Below the pieces are notes generated by a model. It was not told the origin of the DNA. It searched no databases and was given only the letters and a program-made list of their open reading frames with translations. Positions 56,693 to 64,000 of a stretch of DNA of 64,000 nt are shown here, in pieces; the stretch's first letter is position 1; each line of letters starts with the position of its first letter. The translations under genes and the position numbers were made by a program. Where the stretch lies: positions 7,554-71,553 of the forward strand of contig CAZIKU010000001.1 in assembly GCA_964539815.1 (NCBI GenBank), written 5' to 3'. The DNA is from an uncultured Klebsiella sp. (GTDB lineage Bacteria > Chloroflexota > Chloroflexia > Chloroflexales > Roseiflexaceae).

Positions 56693-59410
56693 TCAGTGCA
56701 TAAGTGGTGAGACTTTGTTCGTGTCTTTCCAGTTACTCGTGATTTCGTAGTCGCCTGATCCGAGTGTCACTACTACTACACCATCGGTGATGCTGGCATT
56801 CTTGAGCGTACGTCCATCGATCCGCAACGACTTGATGGTATCACACGGAATGTGTACTTCTGCTTGGCAGCCTGCCGGAATAGAAACGGTGAGCTGTAAC
56901 AAATTCCCGCTGAGTTTCCAGCCCGATTTATACGTGCCAAACTGTGACGTATAGCTACCCCGTGCATATGATAACCCACCGCCTGGTTTGGGGGCGATAC
57001 GGGCGATGCGGAATCCGGGTGTATCGGGATGGTCACAAATACCAACCATGGTGCGCATCATCCAATCACCTACGCACCCGTATGCGAAGTGATTAAATGA
57101 ATTCATGGTGGGTGTTTGCAAGCCAAATTCGTGATGGATTGAATCCCAACGTTCCCACATGGTGGTTGCCCCTTGGGTGACCGGATAAAGCCATGATGGA
57201 AATGTCTGCTGACGCAAGAGTCGATATGCGGTTGTAAGTGCTCCGCCTTTTGTTAGTGCAGGGAGCAAATGCATCGTTCCAATAAATCCAGTGGAGAGAT
57301 GATCGCCACGGCGAACGATATCGCGCACGAGGCGATCTGTTGCATATGCCACAGTGTCTGCAGGAATGAGATCAAGATTGATGGCGAGTGCATAGTTGGT
57401 CTGTGTTTCACCGTTGAGTTGCATATTGAGGTGGACGAGGTGTGGCTGGAGTTGTGTGATATCGCCAACGACCGCGCCTTCTGGAGATACGTGTGCAGTG
57501 CAGAATGCAGTGCGGATGTCGTTTGCGAGCTTGTAGTACTTGAGTGCATCGTCGAGTCGTCCGGTGGCTGTTGCCATTTCAGCCATCAACGTTGCATCGT
57601 GTGCCCAGTACGCAGTACCAATTAAATCACGAGCGGTGTGTGAATCCATGGCAACCCAATCCCCATAATCGTTGCCACGGCGTTGCATGCGGCGTAGATT
57701 TGGGTTGGTGTGTTGTAAAAAATCCATCCAGCGTTCCATCGCATCGTAGTTTTCATTGATGAACTCGACATCACCGTACATGCGCCACAACGTCCAAGGC
57801 ACGACTACGCCGCAATCACCCCAACCTGGTGCGCCTTCTGCTTGGACGACGATACGAGGTGCGACATCTGGGAATGCTCCCGATTCATGTTGACCATCGC
57901 GCACATCACGCATCCATTTGGTGAGATATGCGGCACAGTCCATCTGATAGATACCAGTACGCACATATATTTGCATATCGCCTGTCCATCCGAGGCGTTC
58001 ATCGCGTTGTGGACAGTCGGTAGGTACACTCAAGAAATTGCCACGCTGACCCCAGCGGATGTTTTTCCATAACTGATTGAGTAACGGGTCACTACATTTG
58101 ACATCTGCGGTGAAGGGGGCGTCGACTTGCATGACACACCCTTCGATGTCTGTGGCTTTGGGTGCATTGTCCAAACCGGTGATTTCGACGTACCGGAATC
58201 CCTTGTATGTAAATGGCGCATCGAGCCAACGTTCTTTCCCATCCATGATGAATGTATCTGTTTGTTTGGCTCCACGCAGATTGATGGTATGGAGTGATCC
58301 ATCGGGATTGAGGATTTCGCCATAGCGCATGACTATTTTGCGCCCTTTGGCTGCTTTGCAAAGGAGGCGTATGTTGCCAGCATATATTTGTCCGAAATCG
58401 ACAATGTAGACACGCGAACTCGGCTGTGTAATCCGAGTGACGGGTAATTTTTCTACGATGCGCAGCGGTGGAGATGTATCGGGGCTCATCACACCATGAT
58501 AGGTGATGACCTTGACTGAATTCCATGTGCTATCGTTGTACCCAACAAGATCCCATCCTGGAATTTCTTTGGTGTAGTCGATGGTGGCTCCCATATAAAA
58601 GTCAGCAGCGCGGATATGTGCGTTGGTGCCTTTCCATGCGGGTGAAGTAGTCACTGTCTCTGTGCTACCGTCTTCGTACGTGATATCGAGTCGACAACGC
58701 AGGGCCGGGAAGTCGCCATAGCGCGAAAAGTTTCCTTCGAAACCGAGATAACCACAATACCAGCCATCGCCGATCATGCCAGCAATTGCATTAGTACCAG
58801 TCGTCAGAAGTGCTTTCACATCATACGCTTGATACATGGCCCGATGATTGTAGTCGGTCCATCCTGGTGTTAGTACACGATCACCTACCATGGTGCCATT
58901 GAGACGAATTTCATACAATCCTAGCGCAGTCGCATAAAGGGTCGCAGATGATATTGCGCTATCGACTGCAAACTGATGGCGTACAAACGCGACTGGTTGA
59001 CTGAGTTGTCCATCGTCTTTGGCCGTTGGAAATGCAATCCAACTTGCTTGTTCCCATGCGGCTGCGTCAATACCATGTTGCCAAAATGTTGCTTTACTCC
59101 AGGCAGAGGGTTGATCAGATTCATCCCATACGCGCACTGTCCAATATGCGGTTTGTCCATTTGAAAGTGGCGTGCCTTTATAGCGTACAGATGGGACTAA
59201 TTCACTGGCTACTTTGCCACTATCCCAGAGCAATGATTTGCCTAATTTGAGTGCTTGTGGTGATGTGGCTACGTGGATTTGATATGCAGTTTGTCGGCGA
59301 TTATTGCCATCACCGGTGAATCGCCAGCTAAGCCGAGGCGTTGCAGTCGCAATTCCTCGTGGTTCTTCTAGATATTCGGTGCGTAGTGCAATCAGGCGTA
59401 GTGGTTGCAT
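56693..59410 (-). CDS. GH78 alpha-L-rhamnosidase
   Basis: N-terminal LRTEYLEEPRGIATATPRLSWR and central DCPQRDERLGWTGD are GH78 signatures. 905 aa. Confidence 0.9.
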   Translation of the reverse strand: MQPLRLIALRTEYLEEPRGIATATPRLSWRFTGDGNNRRQTAYQIHVATSPQALKLGKSLLWDSGKVASELVPSVRYKGTPLSNGQTAYWTVRVWDESDQPSAWSKATFWQHGIDAAAWEQASWIAFPTAKDDGQLSQPVAFVRHQFAVDSAISSATLYATALGLYEIRLNGTMVGDRVLTPGWTDYNHRAMYQAYDVKALLTTGTNAIAGMIGDGWYCGYLGFEGNFSRYGDFPALRCRLDITYEDGSTETVTTSPAWKGTNAHIRAADFYMGATIDYTKEIPGWDLVGYNDSTWNSVKVITYHGVMSPDTSPPLRIVEKLPVTRITQPSSRVYIVDFGQIYAGNIRLLCKAAKGRKIVMRYGEILNPDGSLHTINLRGAKQTDTFIMDGKERWLDAPFTYKGFRYVEITGLDNAPKATDIEGCVMQVDAPFTADVKCSDPLLNQLWKNIRWGQRGNFLSVPTDCPQRDERLGWTGDMQIYVRTGIYQMDCAAYLTKWMRDVRDGQHESGAFPDVAPRIVVQAEGAPGWGDCGVVVPWTLWRMYGDVEFINENYDAMERWMDFLQHTNPNLRRMQRRGNDYGDWVAMDSHTARDLIGTAYWAHDATLMAEMATATGRLDDALKYYKLANDIRTAFCTAHVSPEGAVVGDITQLQPHLVHLNMQLNGETQTNYALAINLDLIPADTVAYATDRLVRDIVRRGDHLSTGFIGTMHLLPALTKGGALTTAYRLLRQQTFPSWLYPVTQGATTMWERWDSIHHEFGLQTPTMNSFNHFAYGCVGDWMMRTMVGICDHPDTPGFRIARIAPKPGGGLSYARGSYTSQFGTYKSGWKLSGNLLQLTVSIPAGCQAEVHIPCDTIKSLRIDGRTLKNASITDGVVVVTLGSGDYEITSNWKDTNKVSPLMH

Positions 59411-59463
59411 ATCATCTCCTCGGAATTGGTGAATATGACTATCCTATCAGATTTTTGGGCATC

Positions 59464-59500
59464 AAAAAAGCACTTCACACGACAATGTCGCGTGAAGTGC
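59464..59500 (-). terminator. rho-independent terminator of the DEAD-box helicase gene
   Basis: On the minus strand, GCACTTCACGCGAC and GTCGTGTGAAGTGC form a 14-bp stem with one G:U pair, followed by TTTTTT. Confidence 0.85.
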
Positions 59501-59512
59501 TTTATCTGTGGG

Positions 59513-61153
59513 TTACTTACGAGTTGTGGCGAGGTTTGCACGGATTCGTTTACCGCGAATCGTGGAGTGGTTGAGCACATCGATGACCCGGCGTGCATCA
59601 CGTTGTGGCACACTCACATACGAAAACGCATCATGCAATTCGATGCTGCCAATCAATCGGCCTGGAATTTTGGCTTCATTGGCAATAGCGCCAACAATGT
59701 CGCCAGGTCGTACCCCTTGGTCCCGACCAATGTCGATGAACAAGCGTACGCTGTCGCGCATTGGTGGGCGCGATGGGGCAGCACCACCCGAATATGGCCG
59801 TTGCTCAAATGACCGCGAGGCAGGTGCGCTTGCCATTGACTTGGCAAGTGGATCCTGGGCTGGTTCATTGAGCAAGTGTCCAAATGCGATGTGCAACGTG
59901 GCTGCCGCAATCGTGTCGCTGTCGAAATGTTCGAGCAACTGTGCGAGGAGGGCTTTTTCGTTGCGCAAGTCTTTTGAGGTAACCGTATCTGCGACCTGTT
60001 TGGCCAACCGCATGCGCTGGCGCTTGTTGAGGTCGCTGAGCACTGGAATTGGATGGGTCGTGATCGTGGCATTTGTGGCACGTTGGATTTGTTTGAGTGT
60101 AAACCGATCGCGTGGTGTGATGATTGAAATGGCAATCCCACTACGGCCGGCACGCCCGGTACGCCCAATGCGATGCACATACACCTCTGGGTCTGGGGGG
60201 ATTTCGTAGTTGATAACATGCGTCACGTGGTCGACATCCAATCCACGCGCTGCTACATCGGTGGCCACGAGAATCGTGCTTTGTGCGGTGCGAAAGCGTT
60301 GCATGACGCGGTCACGCTGTGTTTGTGACAATTCGCCATGGAGTGTGTCACAGTTAAAGCCACGTGAAGTGAGCTTTTCACCGAGTTGGTCGACATCATT
60401 GCGCGTGCGACAAAAAATCATGGCTGCGCCTGGCTCTTCGTATTGAAGGAGGCGAGACAAGACTTCGAGTCGTTCGCTATGATGTGCTTCGTACACACGC
60501 TGTTCGACGAGTTCGGCGGTGCGCTGTGTGGCTGCAATGGACACACGCGCAGGGTTGTTCATGTAGCGCTTGGAAAGATTGAGAATTGGCTCTGGCATTG
60601 TTGCCGAATACATTGCGGTCTGATGCGGCTGTGGAATCTTAGCCAAAATCTGCTCGACGTCTTCAATGAAGCCCATTGCCAACATTTCGTCGGCTTCGTC
60701 GAGTACAATGCATTTCACATTCCCGAGTGAAATAGTGCCACGATTTATATGGTCAATCAAGCGCCCTGGTGTTGCAACAACGACGTGCGCCCCTGTTGCT
60801 AAAAACCGGAACTGACGTTCTATCGGTTGCCCACCATAGATGGCCACAGTATTGAGGTTTCGATGCTTGGCATAGTTTTTGAACGATGCAGCAACCTGAA
60901 CCGCAAGCTCGCGTGTCGGTGCGAGCACAAGTGCTTGTGTGTGGCGAACGCTGATGTCAATGTTTTCAATGATTGGCAACGCATAGGCAGCAGTTTTACC
61001 TGTGCCTGTCTGTGCTTGGGCGATAACGTCGTCGCCTGCAAGCATGTGTTGGATTGAGGCGGCTTGGACCGGTGTCGGGGTTACGTATCCGAGCGACTGC
61101 AACGTCTCGAGCAACCCGCTGCTCAGACCGAGATCCTCAAATGTCTGTGTCAC
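59513..61153 (-). CDS. DEAD-box ATP-dependent RNA helicase with a C-terminal DbpA-type RNA-binding domain
   Basis: AQTGTGKTAAY, DEAD, SAT and HRIGRTGRAG motifs. The C-terminal block is RLFIDIGRDQGVRPGDIVGAI. GTG start with AGGAGG 5 nt upstream. Confidence 0.95.
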   Translation of the reverse strand: MTQTFEDLGLSSGLLETLQSLGYVTPTPVQAASIQHMLAGDDVIAQAQTGTGKTAAYALPIIENIDISVRHTQALVLAPTRELAVQVAASFKNYAKHRNLNTVAIYGGQPIERQFRFLATGAHVVVATPGRLIDHINRGTISLGNVKCIVLDEADEMLAMGFIEDVEQILAKIPQPHQTAMYSATMPEPILNLSKRYMNNPARVSIAATQRTAELVEQRVYEAHHSERLEVLSRLLQYEEPGAAMIFCRTRNDVDQLGEKLTSRGFNCDTLHGELSQTQRDRVMQRFRTAQSTILVATDVAARGLDVDHVTHVINYEIPPDPEVYVHRIGRTGRAGRSGIAISIITPRDRFTLKQIQRATNATITTHPIPVLSDLNKRQRMRLAKQVADTVTSKDLRNEKALLAQLLEHFDSDTIAAATLHIAFGHLLNEPAQDPLAKSMASAPASRSFEQRPYSGGAAPSRPPMRDSVRLFIDIGRDQGVRPGDIVGAIANEAKIPGRLIGSIELHDAFSYVSVPQRDARRVIDVLNHSTIRGKRIRANLATTRK

Positions 61154-61247
61154 GCATTCCTCCTAGTGTGATAACTTATCAATTATACACGGTATTGCGT
61201 CACTGTGCCGTGGCATGTATGAGGAATGCGTGTGTATTTTCGCGCTA

Positions 61248-62255
61248 TCACTCTAGATATTTTTTGACTAATTCTCGGGCAGTTTCTTGGAAGAGTTGTA
61301 CAAGTTCTGGTGGCTCCACCACCTGACATGCGCCGCCATACCGCAACAAAATTTGCCGAGTCGTCCATAGATTATGCACGTCGGCGGTAACCGTTGCACT
61401 CCCATCGTCGTGGTATGTCGTCTGTTGGTTTTGAAAGAACACTGCCAAATCGCGTCGCCGTGCAACTTCTGGGGGGAGATGATACATAATCTGGTATATG
61501 CGTTGCGCTGGACGGACTGCAGGATTGCGCGTTGGGAGCATTTTGGCTGACCGTAGCACAATTCGATCAATTCGGAATTCTGCGGTGGCATTTGGTGGTA
61601 CGTTTCCCGGTGGATTGGTCGATATCACCACTGCATCCAAATACCCATGTCCATCTCGAAAAAAGATATTGTATGGCGCGACGATATGGCGTCGTGAACC
61701 ACTAATTTCAAAATTGCTCACATATTCGAATTCAAGCTGTTGGCCATTCTCAATAGCCTTTTTGACCGTATTAAGCGTGCGCTTGTCCAATGACGTAACT
61801 TGTTTTCCTGGATTGCGCATCAAGTATGGCATTGCTGCCGAACTTTTGCCATAGTCGGGTACCAACATTTTTATCTGACGGAGCAGATTTTGGATGTTGA
61901 CAAATGCTGACAACACCGAATCATCGCTATAGTTTGTTTCTAGAAAATGTAGCGCATCGCGACTTTCTTGAGTCAAGTCGAGGAGTGCGAAATCTCCTAC
62001 ATTGTGGAGTTGATACATGCCGGTACGCCGATCCATGCGTATTTTACAGTTGTACTCGCGCTTGAGTGCATCGAGATCATGTTTTAATGCGCTATCTGGA
62101 TTATCTGGATATCCGTCGTGATTCAGTTGCTGGTTGACGATAGAAATGAGCTGATTGGCGGTGCTATCTTCACGAAACAACTGCCGAAAAATAATCAACC
62201 GTCGTCTGAATGTAAGTATTGAACTTCGGCGAATCCCGTTTTTGCGTACTGGCAT
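61248..62255 (-). CDS. HTH-WYL-WCX architecture transcriptional regulator (PafBC/BrxR/CapW-like)
   Basis: N-terminal wHTH-like segment. The WYL-like core is RRHIVAPYNIFFRDGHGYLDAVV. The C-terminal LLRYGGACQVVEPPELVQLF resembles the WCX domain. AAGGA Shine-Dalgarno. The gene starts 9 nt after the ParB-like gene. Confidence 0.65.
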   Translation of the reverse strand: MPVRKNGIRRSSILTFRRRLIIFRQLFREDSTANQLISIVNQQLNHDGYPDNPDSALKHDLDALKREYNCKIRMDRRTGMYQLHNVGDFALLDLTQESRDALHFLETNYSDDSVLSAFVNIQNLLRQIKMLVPDYGKSSAAMPYLMRNPGKQVTSLDKRTLNTVKKAIENGQQLEFEYVSNFEISGSRRHIVAPYNIFFRDGHGYLDAVVISTNPPGNVPPNATAEFRIDRIVLRSAKMLPTRNPAVRPAQRIYQIMYHLPPEVARRRDLAVFFQNQQTTYHDDGSATVTADVHNLWTTRQILLRYGGACQVVEPPELVQLFQETARELVKKYLE

Positions 62256-62264
62256 GAATGTTCC

Positions 62265-63290
62265 TTAATCACTGTCAATTGGCCATTGTTCGGCACGTGC
62301 AATGTTTGTCAGATAGGTAATCATGTGCCGCAAATTTGAAACTATCGCTTGGACGGTTTGTGGGGCTGCGTCGTCTTTGTCGACGAGCTCTTGCAGTTGA
62401 CCATGGGTAAAAAACTGCAACATGCGTTCAGTTTCGTCATTGATTTGTGTCAGATGCTTGAATCGAAGTGGTCGTAATCGGTTATGAGAATTAATTGCGG
62501 CTGTGTCTTGCGAAAAATCATCGTGGGGTGCTGATTTTGGCTGTGCACGTGACGCATGCCAGGCTGTGTCATTTTCGTCGTCTATTGGAGCTTCTGTGGT
62601 AGTGCGTTGCTGGATACTGCCATTTGTTTGCGGTTGTTGAAGCGCATGAACCGCACTATCTAACGATTGATCGGGGTTCGCTGCAAAAAAACTCGCCAGA
62701 CGACTTAATTCTACAGCAGACATGCCTTCATCGACTGCTGCACGTGCGAGTTCAATGCGGTTTTGCGGATTGGTGATACGCCTCAGGTGTTGCGCCTGTG
62801 TGACGGTGAGTTGACCGCTGCGTAAATATGCCTGGATGCTCTCTTCGAGATCGAGCAACCCAAGATACCGACGCACCGAGCGTGCCGAAAGACCGACTGT
62901 TTGTGCCACAAGGTCGTCGAGTGTCCCCTCATCGCTATCGGGTTGACGTAACTGGAATTGTTGGCGAAGCCGTGCAAACGCACGTGCTTGTTCGAGGTCG
63001 TTGAGGTCCCGTCGTTGCAGATTTTCTGTGAGTTGACGGATAAGATGCCGATCGTCATCGGCAAGCACGAGGCATGGGACACTTGAGAGACCCAAGCTGA
63101 TTGCCGCACTACGACGTCGATGCCCATACACCAATTGGTAGCTACCAGATGGCCTGAGCATGACCCCAAGTGGTTGTAGCATCCCCTGGTCTGCAATTGT
63201 GGTTGCTAATCCAGTGACATCGCCGATTTCTTCACGAATACCCGTGTCGGCAACATAAATATCGTTTGGATTTAGATCAATGATGTGCAT
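62265..63290 (-). CDS. ParB/Srx N-terminal-domain protein with HTH (orphan ParB-like, no ParA partner)
   Basis: GMLQPLGVMLRPSGSYQLVYGHRRRSAAISLG covers ParB box I/II, with GHRRR in place of GERRxRA. The HTH-like segment is LVAQTVGLSARSVRRYLGLL. Confidence 0.75.
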   Translation of the reverse strand: MHIIDLNPNDIYVADTGIREEIGDVTGLATTIADQGMLQPLGVMLRPSGSYQLVYGHRRRSAAISLGLSSVPCLVLADDDRHLIRQLTENLQRRDLNDLEQARAFARLRQQFQLRQPDSDEGTLDDLVAQTVGLSARSVRRYLGLLDLEESIQAYLRSGQLTVTQAQHLRRITNPQNRIELARAAVDEGMSAVELSRLASFFAANPDQSLDSAVHALQQPQTNGSIQQRTTTEAPIDDENDTAWHASRAQPKSAPHDDFSQDTAAINSHNRLRPLRFKHLTQINDETERMLQFFTHGQLQELVDKDDAAPQTVQAIVSNLRHMITYLTNIARAEQWPIDSD

Positions 63291-63329
63291 AAATTCCCTG
63301 TTGCTTGCTCGCTAGGACGATACTTTGGC

Positions 63330-64000
63330 TTATGACAGTGTAGTGGCACGCAAAAAATGATGGTTTTGCACTGATTCAATGACGAGCATTGCTTCTTCGA
63401 TGTCGGCGATACTGACAAGTCCTAAATATTCTTCATTGCGAAAAACAGCAGCCACATCAGAATCCTGAGATTGTAGCTTTATGCGCACTTCGTCAAGTGT
63501 GGCCGTATGGGCGACTTTTGTGACTTCCCGTTGCATGATTGCTGTAACATACTCGTCTTGAGTGCTTTGTTCGAGTGCAGTCAAGACGTCGTCTCTTGTG
63601 ACGATCCCAAGAAGTATGTTTCCTTGTAAGACCGCAAAATCGGGTTGATACGATGTCAAAATATGGTCAACAACCGTGCTGATTCGTGCATTTGGTGCGA
63701 GTACAATTGCATTGCGATTATACGCCATATCGACTCTTTTGGTGTCAAGTAGCGTGCGCGCGCGTGTGGTATTGCGATCGTGTTCACCGCTTCTGAAAAT
63801 AATATATGCAATAAACGGCAACATGATATCTCCGCTCATGATCCCGATATATGCCATCACAAGTGCAATCGCATGCCCTACATATGCAGTATAGACACTT
63901 CCGCGGCGCTCTCCAACAATCATGATGAGCAGTGCGCGGATAATGCGTCCACCATCAAGAGGCAATGCAGGGAGTAGATTGAATATTACCAACATCATGT
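63330..64000 (-). CDS. M50 site-2-protease-family membrane protein with tandem CBS domains (N-terminus outside the window)
   Basis: NLLPALPLDGGRI is the M50 second motif. The C-terminal portion has about two CBS repeats. The ORF is open to the window edge. Confidence 0.8.
   Translation of the reverse strand, partial: MMLVIFNLLPALPLDGGRIIRALLIMIVGERRGSVYTAYVGHAIALVMAYIGIMSGDIMLPFIAYIIFRSGEHDRNTTRARTLLDTKRVDMAYNRNAIVLAPNARISTVVDHILTSYQPDFAVLQGNILLGIVTRDDVLTALEQSTQDEYVTAIMQREVTKVAHTATLDEVRIKLQSQDSDVAAVFRNEEYLGLVSIADIEEAMLVIESVQNHHFLRATTLS

Noticed and set aside
59513-63290. DEAD-box helicase as the effector of a ParB-WYL defence system
   Set aside because: The helicase has the full housekeeping DeaD/CshA motif set plus a DbpA RNA-binding domain. 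It also has its own 94-nt upstream region containing a TATAAT (61182-61187, minus strand), a strong Shine-Dalgarno site and its own terminator. It is most likely an independent cold-shock-type RNA helicase.

Overview
Gene-dense chromosomal window with about 60 CDS and 3 tRNAs. I see no rRNA, CRISPR array, transposase, integrase or reverse transcriptase. By eye the composition is roughly 50% G+C (not computed). Protein families suggest a Chloroflexota-like filamentous bacterium, for example the repeated FW..GG..LG.P-type module on the M14 peptidase and the many ArnT/PMT-like GT-C proteins. This taxonomic call is a weak inference. The window is dominated by cell-envelope glycobiology. (1) A roughly 19 kb co-directional minus-strand locus (3524-22316) holds four GT4 glycosyltransferases, two SAM methyltransferases, a Wzx-like flippase, three polytopic GT-C-like proteins, an 802-aa Ser/Thr/Asn-rich secreted protein, an MsbA-like ABC exporter and a phosphatidylcholine-synthase-like CDP-alcohol phosphatidyltransferase. 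It has no recognisable priming enzyme. (2) A plus-strand ABC-transporter-dependent glycan module (24872-32104) contains a Wzm-type permease that is covalently fused to a Wzz/PCP-like domain. It also has a Wzt-type ATPase with a C-terminal extension, a CE4-like deacetylase, an M14 peptidase-like protein and a clan GH-A lipoprotein. Between the two modules lie a truncated ComEC, a cupin plus His-rich small protein pair, and a stand-alone tRNA-Ile(GAU)-tRNA-Ala(UGC) pair with its own near-consensus promoter. The right half carries ordinary metabolism and housekeeping genes: M20 and M32 peptidases, GH32, GH78, GalT, LarB/LarE, MFS, ComM/YifB and a DEAD-box helicase. It also holds a tight hydrolase-rich operon and an orphan ParB-like plus HTH-WYL-WCX gene pair (61248-63290). 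All functional calls come from motif recognition by eye and no database search was run. Start codons were refined from the ORF track using Shine-Dalgarno context and stop/start coupling.
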